Sequence record: DRR723986_44686
DNA length: 56,885 nucleotides
Reading direction: 5' to 3' (one strand)
Below, in pieces: positions 19,929 to 30,107 of the stretch. The translations under genes and the position numbers were made by a program. Each line of letters begins with the position of its first letter. The first letter of the stretch is position 1. The notes under the pieces were generated by a model. It did no database searches, was not told where the DNA came from, and saw only the letters and a list, made by a program, of their open reading frames with translations.

Positions 19929-21611
19929 CTACCTGTGTAGTTGATAGATTAGATTTAAAGTGCCGGAAAATGTCCAAAGTTTCTGACCAGAAGGATAATT
20001 TCTAGTTGTATTAGGAGCATCCTGCCACTGGTAATTTAGCCCTTGGTTGACTTGAACCTTGCTGCTTAGAATAAACCTATCCCACTGATGATCTACTAAA
20101 ACTCCCATACTGAAATCTATCCAGGGATACTTATCGGGATTGTCTGCAAAGACTCTATTGAAAAAATCCTGATGATTCTCAATTCGCTGAAACAAAAGTC
20201 CGATTTTATTCAAATTTGAAATCTTTGAAATTTCCAAAATTTGGGCATTTCCTCCGACCCCAATTCCTATTCCCATGGACTGTCCTTCATTTGTAAATCC
20301 CCGCACTTGATAGTGTGTATGCCAGCTGGTATTTAGGGTATTGAGTTGGGGATATCTTACATACCTGTTTACCGATTCTGCCTGCTGGACTATCTCCCCT
20401 CTCACTTGAAAATACTGTCCTTTGGTAGAGGTTTTAAAAAGTTTAGAAAAACCTAACAGGTAGGCTCTAGCATGCTCGGGGTTTAATATAAATTCTCTCC
20501 AATTGTAGCTATGATCCTGTTTGCCATACTCCGCATAGGCTTCGAAATTACCTTTGGAATTATAATACCTCAAAAAGAAGGAGATCTGTTGATCTTGGCC
20601 TTTGGAGTCGTAAACTACCGTGTTATTATTGCTAAATAGCTTCACTTTTTGAAAAGGCTCCAAAACAGGCATCCTGCCTCTAAAGTCATTTGTCACATCT
20701 TCATTGTATTGCTGAAAAGTTCTATTAAATCCAGCGAAGAAATTCGGCAAAAACACAGGTTGGTATGTAATGGAAACCCCACTTACATAGCGCCAATCCC
20801 CTCGAAAAGGCGTGGCAAATACATCATTGAGACCCTGATTTTGAGATGGAAGTATTCCCGAATCATTTGCCCGTGCCATAATTATTTCAGCCTCCAGTTT
20901 GCCAATAAATATATTGGCTGGGCGACTTGTTCTTAGAAAGAGATGCTCCATCCCTCTCGCATTGTTGCTAAAAATAAGTGCATTAAACTGACCTGGGCCC
21001 CACCAAATATTCTCAGTGGAAGCACCTACAGCTATAGGTCCCGCATTTAAACTAACATACGATTGTCCCCACCAGGCAAAGGAGTTATAATCTTCGGAAA
21101 AGCGCTCAGGATGATCTCCGAAATTCCAGTATCTGAATCGTGCAAATAGAATATTATCTGAAAAATTCTCTCCAAAACCTTGATAAGCCTTATTTTGACT
21201 AGCGACAAATTCTGGTCTGAATTGAAATTTCAAAAAGAATAATTTCCCATAAATGCCTGGCGAAAGTAGCGTCTGGGCACCAGCGCTATTCATCATGCTA
21301 AAATTCCCCCATCCAAATGGCCTATTGGAATTATACACGGAAGTGCTCAGTACAGGCAAGAGTTCCAAATGGACCTTTTTTTCAACAAATGGGACGGAGT
21401 CCTGAGTATAGAAACGATTTTGATTAAGACTCACAATAGGCCTTAATCCCAAGGAAAAGTCTTTTAACTCCTCTACACCTAATAGTTGCTGCCTTCTCAG
21501 ACTTTCCTCCAACACTGGAAATCCAGCTGGAATAGTTTGAGAAAAGGAGTTTGTGGAACACAACAGGACCACTAAACCACTAAGAATCCAGAAATAGTAT
21601 TTCAACATCAA
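19929..21611 (-). CDS. Capsule assembly Wzi-family outer-membrane beta-barrel protein
   Basis: Signal peptide; STENIWWGPG..ALIFSNNA motif; aromatic beta-strand pattern; ATG at 21608 is an alternative start. Confidence 0.8.
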   Translation of the reverse strand: MMLKYYFWILSGLVVLLCSTNSFSQTIPAGFPVLEESLRRQQLLGVEELKDFSLGLRPIVSLNQNRFYTQDSVPFVEKKVHLELLPVLSTSVYNSNRPFGWGNFSMMNSAGAQTLLSPGIYGKLFFLKFQFRPEFVASQNKAYQGFGENFSDNILFARFRYWNFGDHPERFSEDYNSFAWWGQSYVSLNAGPIAVGASTENIWWGPGQFNALIFSNNARGMEHLFLRTSRPANIFIGKLEAEIIMARANDSGILPSQNQGLNDVFATPFRGDWRYVSGVSITYQPVFLPNFFAGFNRTFQQYNEDVTNDFRGRMPVLEPFQKVKLFSNNNTVVYDSKGQDQQISFFLRYYNSKGNFEAYAEYGKQDHSYNWREFILNPEHARAYLLGFSKLFKTSTKGQYFQVRGEIVQQAESVNRYVRYPQLNTLNTSWHTHYQVRGFTNEGQSMGIGIGVGGNAQILEISKISNLNKIGLLFQRIENHQDFFNRVFADNPDKYPWIDFSMGVLVDHQWDRFILSSKVQVNQGLNYQWQDAPNTTRNYPSGQKLWTFSGTLNLIYQLHR

Positions 21612-22696
21612 AGTGATTCCAACATGTTGACGTACTTCTTATTTATAGCCTTCCAAGAATAGTTTTTACGGGCTAGTTTATACATATCCTTGGAAATCAA
21701 ATCTCTATCAAAGGTATCCAAGCACTTTAACAATTCTAGAAGCTCTTCAGCATCAGCGAAATATATCCCTCTATTAAAAGTAGTTTCTCTATTGTAATTT
21801 ACACCGAAGGCAATAATAGGTAGGGCTAGATACATGGCTTCCACTAAGGAAGGATTGGTGCCTCCTGCACTATGCCCATGCAAGTAATAGTGGCAATTGG
21901 ACCTAAGTACATTGAGCTCCGCACTGGTATAGATTGGGTTATATAGAATTACATTTTTCTTTGTCGAATATTCCTCATATAGTCTCATTCCGTACTCACT
22001 GGAATTCCAATTACCAACGATTACATAAGGAATGGAAAGATCGTTTTCAGAAAAAACTTTTAGCTGCAGTTCAATATTATTTTCCGGCTCTATTCTGCAG
22101 ACCGTAAAAATATAGGGCTCATTTATAAACGAGTATTTCTTTTGGTACAAGGATGTTTCTACGGGAGTCACATGGTTGGCCCCGTAGGCGATTAAATGTG
22201 ATTCCTTTCCATATTCCTCGAGCACATAATCGTAGATATGCTTGTTGTCAGAAATGATCGCGTCGGAATACCTCACCGCCAATGATTCAGAGAATTTCAA
22301 AAACCTTTTGGCCAAAGCTCCCCACTTGTCTCTCTTCCATTCCAGTCCATCTATATGTGTAATTATTTTGGCACTGGTAAAAGGCCTAATAAAAGGGATA
22401 GTGATAGCTCCTGAAACACCTAAAACCAGAATGTAATCAAAGCCTTTAATTGATTTCCAAAGGGATATTGAATCATATATGACACTTTGAACCCCATTTG
22501 CCTTTAGGTCAAGGTACTCCAGTTTCGCACCTTTATATGTATCCATTTTCTCCGGATAGCTATTGCTCTGGCAGTAAATGGTAATATCATAGAATCTAGG
22601 AAGCAGGTCCAGAAGATATTCCACCAAAGTCTCAAATCCGCCGTAGTTAGCCGGGACACCTACAATGCCTACGATGGCTAGCTTTTTCTTAATCAT
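21608..22696 (-). CDS. DUF1972-type GT4 glycosyltransferase (WchF-like)
   Basis: GVPANYGGFET, DGLEWKRDKW, RIEPENN and HGHSAGGTNPSLVEAM motifs. Confidence 0.88.
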   Translation of the reverse strand: MIKKKLAIVGIVGVPANYGGFETLVEYLLDLLPRFYDITIYCQSNSYPEKMDTYKGAKLEYLDLKANGVQSVIYDSISLWKSIKGFDYILVLGVSGAITIPFIRPFTSAKIITHIDGLEWKRDKWGALAKRFLKFSESLAVRYSDAIISDNKHIYDYVLEEYGKESHLIAYGANHVTPVETSLYQKKYSFINEPYIFTVCRIEPENNIELQLKVFSENDLSIPYVIVGNWNSSEYGMRLYEEYSTKKNVILYNPIYTSAELNVLRSNCHYYLHGHSAGGTNPSLVEAMYLALPIIAFGVNYNRETTFNRGIYFADAEELLELLKCLDTFDRDLISKDMYKLARKNYSWKAINKKYVNMLESL

Positions 22697-24284
22697 TCAA
22701 ATAATTCTTCATGGTTTTCACCATATTAATCCTGTCCTTTTCGATGTTCAGTAAAAAGTAACGCGTATGAGAATTCAAGAGTTCTTTAGTTTTAGAGGAA
22801 TTTGCCATGGCTTCTACTTTCTGAACTTCCTCCAAGGCATCTTTAATAATCAAATATCTCAAAGAAACCTGACCTTCTGGATAGACAAAATGACTATCTC
22901 CGGATGGTAAATCTGAAAATATCGCCGATTTCATGATTTGTGGAGACCACAAGTTAAAAGCCCAGCGCAACATGCCATCATATCCTCTGGCTTTTGAAAG
23001 CATAATCAGGAAGTAAATATCGGTATAATTAGACGCCATCAGCATATTTGGCTGAACTTCATAGCAAGAAGTGTAATAGGTAGTTTTAAATCCCTTTGAT
23101 TTCCTTGCCGCCAGCTTCGCAGGTTCAAGGACAATATTGCTAGCTAGAGAATAATCAAAAACTAACTCCGAAAGACCTGGGCTAAATCTACCAGAATATC
23201 CAAATTTATATGCGGGATCAATTGCTTTAACGTATTTAACCAAGAGAGCAGTGCTGTTAATATCCCTTTCATCTACCCAAAAAACGGTCTTATCCATCCA
23301 GTTTTTTGATTTAAGATAGGATGCGAAATCCACTAAAAATGGATTCCAAAAATCGTTGTAAGCGTCAGTTCCCGGTTCGGATTTAAAAGTTTTCACGGCA
23401 CCTGATTCCTCGTCAAAATAAAAATAGGTGAGATTCCAGGGAAAAAGGTTGTGCACGGCAATCTCCTTAGATATTCCCTTCGAAAATGCCAATTCTACGT
23501 ATTTCTCAAAGGTGGAGTAATCATAGGTGTAGGTTCCATCTTTCTTTTTTCGGATCTGAATCATCATTTGCTCCAGAGGCTTGATCGAAGTATTGTAAAG
23601 ATCGTAGAAAACTGAAGTGGTAACGACAGTCTGATTAAATCCATGGAGCTGATCAAACATTTCTGTAATCTTATTCCAGTGAGCGTCAGAATAAGGATCA
23701 AGCTTATAATAAGTAGAAATTGAAAGTGGGAATTGCCAAAAATCCATTTCGTAGTCCAGGGAGGAAAAATCCGATAACTTACGACCAATAACATTTATTA
23801 GTGCTTCTATTTTCAGCGTACTTCCATTTTGATCAAATGTAAGTTCCAGTGGATATTTACCTGGTTTTAGATTATCCGGTATTTCTATTTTAAGGAGCCC
23901 ATATGAAGTAGTGCTATCAGGCACAAAGGAGCTTCCTTGGATGAACTCTGCTCGATCAGGGAATCTTTTTTTCACGAAAGTCCCTTTCTTTTTGGTAGCG
24001 CCACAGTTACCTCCAGAGATATCCCCTTCTACTAAATGCAGCTGAACCAGCTCAGACTTGATTTTTTTTGAATCCGTTTTTATCTCAAAATTGAGCACTT
24101 TGGTTGAATCTCCATTAATCAAGAAAGGCAAGATAAGGGATTCATTTCTCCATGCCTTTACCTCAGTTTTATTTGGAAGCATAGTTCCGAAATCCTCGAA
24201 AGAGGTGAAATGCCCGCTTAGTTGTGCTTGTGCGCAATTTCCAAAAGCCAACCAGGCTACAAAAAATACCAATGTTTTTTTCAC
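22689..24284 (-). CDS. Exported GH123-like (DUF4091) glycoside hydrolase, putative beta-N-acetylgalactosaminidase (GTG start)
   Basis: Signal peptide; DFWQFP, YDYSTFEKYVE, WVDE acid pair, GMLRWAFN, GDSHFVYP..SLR. Confidence 0.72.
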   Translation of the reverse strand: MKKTLVFFVAWLAFGNCAQAQLSGHFTSFEDFGTMLPNKTEVKAWRNESLILPFLINGDSTKVLNFEIKTDSKKIKSELVQLHLVEGDISGGNCGATKKKGTFVKKRFPDRAEFIQGSSFVPDSTTSYGLLKIEIPDNLKPGKYPLELTFDQNGSTLKIEALINVIGRKLSDFSSLDYEMDFWQFPLSISTYYKLDPYSDAHWNKITEMFDQLHGFNQTVVTTSVFYDLYNTSIKPLEQMMIQIRKKKDGTYTYDYSTFEKYVELAFSKGISKEIAVHNLFPWNLTYFYFDEESGAVKTFKSEPGTDAYNDFWNPFLVDFASYLKSKNWMDKTVFWVDERDINSTALLVKYVKAIDPAYKFGYSGRFSPGLSELVFDYSLASNIVLEPAKLAARKSKGFKTTYYTSCYEVQPNMLMASNYTDIYFLIMLSKARGYDGMLRWAFNLWSPQIMKSAIFSDLPSGDSHFVYPEGQVSLRYLIIKDALEEVQKVEAMANSSKTKELLNSHTRYFLLNIEKDRINMVKTMKNYLND

Positions 24285-25348
24285 GGTCGAAATAGTTTTG
24301 AGATTTTTGATTCAAAAATCGTTCTTGAAAATCCTCTCCGTTCGATCGCTGCGCCTTCACTTAACTTCTTCCAATATGTAGGCTCAGCAACCATCTTATT
24401 TATTTCCGAAACAATTTCGGACAATTCATTATAATTGATCTGGTATCCATTAACGCCATCTTTGACCAATTCTGTAATCCCTCCCACTCTTGGCACTATG
24501 GCAGGAAGGTCGTAGTGCATTCCTTCCAGAATAGTCATCCCAAAGGTCTCCACCCATTTATCGGGATGAGCAAGGTTCAAAATTAAAGAAGCATTTGCAT
24601 AAAAAGAATGTACATCCTTATTTACTGGGAATATTTGAATATTCACAGGTAAGGATTCATTAGCTATAAACCGATCTACTTCGCGTTTGTCATCACTCAG
24701 TACCAATGTGAAATTCACAGCAGGCATTTGCTTGGAAAGTGTCACAAACTCAGATATCCCTTTATATGGTCGCAAAGAAGCCAGCATCAATACTTCAAAC
24801 GCTTTCGGGTTCTTCGTAGTATTTTTGGCTTTAGTTTCAAATTCCTTGGTGACGCAATTGTAAATCACTTGAACCTTTGCCCCTCTCAATTTAGGGTTGG
24901 TTTGTAAAAATCTGGAGACTACAATTACTTCAGAAGAAAATGTACGGACCACCCAAAACAAGAAATTGCTTAGAAGTTTGGGGCTAATTTCATATTCATG
25001 TACATGGGTAATTACTCTTTTGCCCAACAATCTTCCCATTAGAATAGCTCCAAAAGGTAGGATCGTATTGATGTAATAGATGCCATCAGCTCTCTTATTC
25101 TTTACCAAAAGTTTAATGGATAATAAGAATTGGCTGAAAAAGAAGGAGAAAAGCGTCAGGATTCTATGCTCAGATCTACGATAAAAGTTAGTCTCAGAAT
25201 CCAAATCAGATAAAAACCCTTCCGTATTACTGGTATATAACTTCACTTCAAATCCATCTTGTTTGGCAGTATTGATCACACTGGACAAGATCTGCGGACT
25301 ACCTGTGAAGTTATTAAGAAGGTGAAAGAATACGATCTTCTGTGGCAC
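24281..25348 (-). CDS. Glycosyltransferase family 4 (GTG start)
   Basis: HLLNNFTGSP, HVHE, LRPYKG, ETFGMTILEGM. Confidence 0.87.
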   Translation of the reverse strand: MPQKIVFFHLLNNFTGSPQILSSVINTAKQDGFEVKLYTSNTEGFLSDLDSETNFYRRSEHRILTLFSFFFSQFLLSIKLLVKNKRADGIYYINTILPFGAILMGRLLGKRVITHVHEYEISPKLLSNFLFWVVRTFSSEVIVVSRFLQTNPKLRGAKVQVIYNCVTKEFETKAKNTTKNPKAFEVLMLASLRPYKGISEFVTLSKQMPAVNFTLVLSDDKREVDRFIANESLPVNIQIFPVNKDVHSFYANASLILNLAHPDKWVETFGMTILEGMHYDLPAIVPRVGGITELVKDGVNGYQINYNELSEIVSEINKMVAEPTYWKKLSEGAAIERRGFSRTIFESKISKLFRP

Positions 25349-26471
25349 TGGTAGATTTTGAATTTAAAATGATAAGGAAAACAGTAATCATCAAATAAAG
25401 TGTGGTAGCATAAAATTCATGCGTAAACTGCTGTGCTATGATAAATATGTAGAAAAACATAGCTGCGTAGAACACTTTATTTCTGATGAAGAAGAGAACT
25501 GACATAAGTAGCACGGCTGCCAAATATGCCATATACCCAATGAATCCGTAGGTATAGAGAAGCATAGAAGTTCCATTTTCAATATAACCTGTGCGGTAAA
25601 CAGTAGTTCTTGCAATGACATCGTCCACCATATTATTACCATGACCGATGAGGTATTCTTTCCAGCTAGAAAAGTCAAAAAAGGAAATCCTGAAAGCTTG
25701 GAGCAGGTCTGCTCGTGAATTCAGCGTATTTACGTTAAAGATTAATTTATTGATGAACTCAAAATAATAGATGTAAAATAAGGCAGCGAATACGACAGTC
25801 AGAATGAATATTTTCCTGTGTTTGAAAAATAGGATGAGGTAGAAAATCACGAACGTGTTCCTGTTGAACGTTAGCATTAGCCCAAGAATAGCTACCCAAA
25901 AGGCTAAAGAATCCAACTTACTGTCTTGCTTATTTTCCTTCTTCCAATAGTAAATCAAAAACCAGCTAATCAGCAGTGTTCCATACGATTGTACGGTAGT
26001 AGTCAATCCTTTGGCCGCATGGAGAAAGGGTAATCCCTTGTCATACATTGGATGTACATGGGAGTTCAAACCAACCAAATAACTGCTAAACACATACAAA
26101 ATACCTATGCAGATATGAAGAAATAATGCCCAATACAGGATATCCAGGAATCCTTCCTCTTCAGCAGCCAAGCCAGCAAAGAATAATCCGAGGACCGGAA
26201 AGAATATGATTAAGGAAGAATCTGGAAGGTTTAATAAATATGGAAGCAAAAAGTAAGAAGCTAACCCAACGATTGGAATAAGAAGGTTAGTAGAAATTGC
26301 CTTTCCCATAAAAATTTGATGGAATACCAGTAAGGCTAACACGCCCAGCATGGCAGCTTTGTCCAAGGGTAAACTGATCAGTTTAGAACAGGAAATTAAG
26401 AAAACGAATAGGATTAATCCCGCTTTCCCGATAGTTCGGGTGGATGAAATGGCTAACCCCCGGCTATTCAC
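25314..26471 (-). CDS. Putative Wzy polymerase (multi-pass membrane protein, GTG start)
   Basis: About 10 TM segments; FNRNT, SR..L..A, IGHG and ENG motifs; position among GTs downstream of wzx. Confidence 0.65.
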   Translation of the reverse strand: MNSRGLAISSTRTIGKAGLILFVFLISCSKLISLPLDKAAMLGVLALLVFHQIFMGKAISTNLLIPIVGLASYFLLPYLLNLPDSSLIIFFPVLGLFFAGLAAEEEGFLDILYWALFLHICIGILYVFSSYLVGLNSHVHPMYDKGLPFLHAAKGLTTTVQSYGTLLISWFLIYYWKKENKQDSKLDSLAFWVAILGLMLTFNRNTFVIFYLILFFKHRKIFILTVVFAALFYIYYFEFINKLIFNVNTLNSRADLLQAFRISFFDFSSWKEYLIGHGNNMVDDVIARTTVYRTGYIENGTSMLLYTYGFIGYMAYLAAVLLMSVLFFIRNKVFYAAMFFYIFIIAQQFTHEFYATTLYLMITVFLIILNSKSTSATEDRILSPS

Positions 26472-27747
26472 CTATCACCTCCTTGATTTGTTGTAGCTGA
26501 TTAAATCTAGAATACTGTTGAATTTTTGACTTTGAGGATTCCTTTAATGCAAGAGCTCTTCCTGATGCATACAATTCCCGAATCAATTCAATTTGCTCCA
26601 AGCACTTTTCTGCTGAATTAGCAAAGAAACCTAACTCCACTTCAGTCAGCATTTGCTCCATGATGTCATGATCAGTTGGGCAAAGCAACACTGGTTTCCC
26701 CAGGGCCATGTATTCATACAATTTACTGCTTGGGATACCCTTCATGTTTCCATAGGCCATAGCCAAAAAAGCATGGGATTTCTGCAAAGCAATAATAGCT
26801 TCTTCTCTTGGCAATCTTGTAGTGACTTTGACGTAGCGTTTCAATTCCTCCGGCACCAAGCTTTCTATCCGTTTTCGTTCTTTTACATCATAGCCAGCCC
26901 CCAGGAAAATAAGCTGAAATGGTCTTCCTGCAGTATGTGCTAACTGCAAAGCAGCGATAATATTCGTTACATCCTGAGATGGATAGACAACCCCACTGTA
27001 GGTAATAGTAAATTCGTTTGCACATGGCTGAAGAGGAAGGCTTAACAATTCATCTTCAAATCCATTCTCAATAGTGAATCCTTTCTTATCGAGGAAATCT
27101 GCAATTCTTTCGGTATAAAGTTGGCTTACAGAAATAATAGCAGATGCCGTTCCCACCCATTTCTTTTCATAGTTTGCTTCTACATTAGCTATCCATTTCC
27201 GCACCCCACCACCTACTTTTTGCATCTGCAATTCATTCGTACTCCAGTCGTCTCGGTAATCTGCATACCAATTGAGACCATAAGCTTTATTAAGTGAGTA
27301 ACCTATTCTAAACAAGTAAAAAGGCTCACCCGAAATGATAGCAGAATGAAAAGTTTCTTCTTCAAGTCGTTTGCTTAGAAAAGGTAAGAAATTTGAAAAA
27401 GAGGTGAATTTCAAGGTAAAACGCGCTAAGAAGACATCTAAGAGTTTTACCAGCAAAAAGAGTGGACGATATACAGATTCGCCAAAAGCTAAATACGCTT
27501 TGTCCAATATACCCGGCCGAAAAGGAAGGTAATAAACCTCATGCGTATCAAATACCTCATGCCTTACCCTATCTCCAAGTCTAACCTTTGTATCCTGATG
27601 TGAACGGGTTTCGGAAGTCCACTCCCTAGTAACGACGGTAGGATAATAGCCAAGCCGATGCATGTTTCGAGCCCAAAAAGTAATACGCTGAGAGGGTGTC
27701 AGCGTACAGGGTGAAAAATAATTGGAAATTAGAAGTACCTTCTTCAA
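26464..27747 (-). CDS. Glycosyltransferase (GT4-like, TTG start)
   Basis: KVLLISNYF, ADYRDDW, PSSKLYEY..GKP; same subfamily as 5837..7081. Confidence 0.8.
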   Translation of the reverse strand: MKKVLLISNYFSPCTLTPSQRITFWARNMHRLGYYPTVVTREWTSETRSHQDTKVRLGDRVRHEVFDTHEVYYLPFRPGILDKAYLAFGESVYRPLFLLVKLLDVFLARFTLKFTSFSNFLPFLSKRLEEETFHSAIISGEPFYLFRIGYSLNKAYGLNWYADYRDDWSTNELQMQKVGGGVRKWIANVEANYEKKWVGTASAIISVSQLYTERIADFLDKKGFTIENGFEDELLSLPLQPCANEFTITYSGVVYPSQDVTNIIAALQLAHTAGRPFQLIFLGAGYDVKERKRIESLVPEELKRYVKVTTRLPREEAIIALQKSHAFLAMAYGNMKGIPSSKLYEYMALGKPVLLCPTDHDIMEQMLTEVELGFFANSAEKCLEQIELIRELYASGRALALKESSKSKIQQYSRFNQLQQIKEVIGE

Positions 27748-28988
27748 TCCAGCTTATTTGAAAGGGTGAATGAATTAGATAGTATATGGTTAACAAGCTG
27801 CGTATGATTATGCTGTGCTGAATAATGCTGTACCCAAAATGACCTTATGTTATTTCTAAAGTTTTCATCTCTTGTAATCCCACTGAGTAAAAACTCATCC
27901 AGTCTGGCAGCTATCACTTTGGCTGATAATCCATCCTCTATCAATACACCTGTTTCAGGTTGTACTATCTCTGGAATTCCCCCGACTGCATTAGCAAAAA
28001 CAGGAATTCCAAAGGAAACGGCCTCCATTATAGTGACAGGAATGCCTTCATAGGAGCTTAAGTTAATAAATACATCCACAGAATGTGAAGCATAAAAGTC
28101 ATGCAATTCCTCATTTAGTACTTTCCCTTTCCAATTAATTTTAAGGTTATTTCTAAGTACTGGGAGTCTATTCTTCAAGTTAGTTATCGCTTCACTAGTT
28201 CCTCCAAAATGAGACCAATGGATGGGAAGTTTAGAATGGTTCAGCACCTCAGCGATTAGGTCTACCCTTTTGAGGGGGATTAAACTGGAACAGGTAACCA
28301 CATGAAAATGGGCAGGAAAATCCACTAAACTAGTATACCCGAAGTTATCCACCCCAAGCTTGAATAGCTTCATTTTGGAAGCATTAATAGGTAAAAGTGC
28401 TTTGGCATAGTTTAGCCCATGCTCAGAAATAAAAAGCAATGAAGAAGCAGCGTCATACACCGATTTCCTAAAAGCCACTTCCCCAGATTCCTGACGTTCC
28501 TTGTATAAATCACCGCCATGGCTTTTTACAATTAGCTTTATTTCAGGATTCTCTTTTCTTAATTGAGAAGCTGCAAAGGCATTAGTATCCATCCAATAGG
28601 AATAAAGAACAAACTCATCAACCGAATTCAACTCCTTAGAAATAATTGATTTTAGGAGAAGTGAGTAGGGAATATGGTAAGTGAAATACTTTAATAATTT
28701 CCAATTCCAATTGGAGTTTTTTAATTCTGATACTAGTAATGGAAGTGTTAAAAAAAGACTCCTGAAAAAAGCAAAAGCAACCTGCTTCACTGACTTAGGG
28801 TTTTTTACTATTCTAACAGCAACATTGTCTCCTGTAGGTCTGGGCTGTGTAAAATCCCTTACAGAGGTTGGGATAATAATTACTTGATTGAAGGCTTTTT
28901 GTAGGTAAGTCAGTTCCGTAGCCAGAAATTCTTCACCGGATTCAAAAGGGAATTTCTGTGTAAGTAAAATCAAGGTTTTTGACTTCAA
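27744..28988 (-). CDS. Glycosyltransferase family 4 (TTG start)
   Basis: FPFESGEEFL, SHGGDLY, LKRVD, EGIPVTIMEA. Confidence 0.87.
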   Translation of the reverse strand: MKSKTLILLTQKFPFESGEEFLATELTYLQKAFNQVIIIPTSVRDFTQPRPTGDNVAVRIVKNPKSVKQVAFAFFRSLFLTLPLLVSELKNSNWNWKLLKYFTYHIPYSLLLKSIISKELNSVDEFVLYSYWMDTNAFAASQLRKENPEIKLIVKSHGGDLYKERQESGEVAFRKSVYDAASSLLFISEHGLNYAKALLPINASKMKLFKLGVDNFGYTSLVDFPAHFHVVTCSSLIPLKRVDLIAEVLNHSKLPIHWSHFGGTSEAITNLKNRLPVLRNNLKINWKGKVLNEELHDFYASHSVDVFINLSSYEGIPVTIMEAVSFGIPVFANAVGGIPEIVQPETGVLIEDGLSAKVIAARLDEFLLSGITRDENFRNNIRSFWVQHYSAQHNHTQLVNHILSNSFTLSNKLD

Positions 28989-30082
28989 CCCCCTACTGCG
29001 TTAAGTATTTCTTTCATTTTTACCGCAAAGTCCAAGTTTCGCCAGGCGAACTTTCTGAGTTGATTTGGAGAATATGAAAGGCAGTCCGGATTGAAATTTC
29101 TAAAGAAATCCGTTAAATCATTGATGTTTTCACGATTTGGAAGCTGTGTCCGGAAAGGAGTATTGGGAGGAAAATCAGGATCATCTCCTACCCCTATAAA
29201 AGGAATCCCTGCCGCACAATATTCTCTTGATTTCAGTTCGGAGGCGGAGTTGAGATTCTTCCTAAACAATGCCAGAGAACCAACCGCCAGATGAGCAGCT
29301 TCATATTCCTGGTATAGATGTTCTCCATCTAGAAATCCTAAAAACTGTATATACCTTTGCATGGACAAATCCTCTACCAATTCTTGAAGGCTAGTCAATA
29401 CGGCTCCATTGCCCACAATTTTTAAATGAATTTTTAGACGATAATCCTCAGAGTTGAAAATCGCCATGGCTTTTATCAATCGATCTACTCCATGCCAATA
29501 ATTCAGCGAAGCGACACATACCAAATTCAAGAAGGTTCCGTCAAATAAAGGAGCTTGCTTTCTCTCCTGAATTGCGGCTACATTAATTCCATTCCCTACC
29601 AGCAATGTTCTTTTGTGATTCCCTAAAGCAAACCAACTACCTTCTTGGGCATATTGCAGTATTTTGGTTGAAAACCAAAAAGGTACTGGACCTGATAGTG
29701 CCAGGTAGCTCACATCTTTAAATTTTCTTAGCCAGCTAGTATTTGCATTGTAAAGTTCCTTAAAGGCAACCACATTTGGAGTTGGAATGTCTAGAATGAC
29801 TTTTTTGCCACGAGATTTGGCTCTGATCAGTGCTGGAATCAAATAAAAATTATACTGACAAAGCGAGCGAATAATTAATACTTCGCCATCAAAACTGTCT
29901 ATAGCTTCTACAAATTGGGCTAAAAACCCTGGATTAGTATCCTTGATCACCAGTTCAGAGATATACCCAGATTGTTCAACTCCTTGTAAAGTCCCTACTA
30001 TCTTTTTATAAACACCTGGACTTTTATCCTTGTCTAAGGATACTAGGTAACTAATCTTTTTCTTTTGAACTATCGCTATCAT
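28985..30082 (-). CDS. Glycosyltransferase family 4
   Basis: GVYKKI, NGI, WHGVDRL and LKSREY..AGIPF motifs. Confidence 0.82.
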   Translation of the reverse strand: MIAIVQKKKISYLVSLDKDKSPGVYKKIVGTLQGVEQSGYISELVIKDTNPGFLAQFVEAIDSFDGEVLIIRSLCQYNFYLIPALIRAKSRGKKVILDIPTPNVVAFKELYNANTSWLRKFKDVSYLALSGPVPFWFSTKILQYAQEGSWFALGNHKRTLLVGNGINVAAIQERKQAPLFDGTFLNLVCVASLNYWHGVDRLIKAMAIFNSEDYRLKIHLKIVGNGAVLTSLQELVEDLSMQRYIQFLGFLDGEHLYQEYEAAHLAVGSLALFRKNLNSASELKSREYCAAGIPFIGVGDDPDFPPNTPFRTQLPNRENINDLTDFFRNFNPDCLSYSPNQLRKFAWRNLDFAVKMKEILNAVGG

Positions 30083-30107
30083 TTGATTGGCATATCCCTA
30101 GTCATTA

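Noticed and set aside
27884-27897. TGAGT-AAAA-ACTCA palindrome
   Set aside because: Inside a GT coding region with the wrong spacer length compared with the operator
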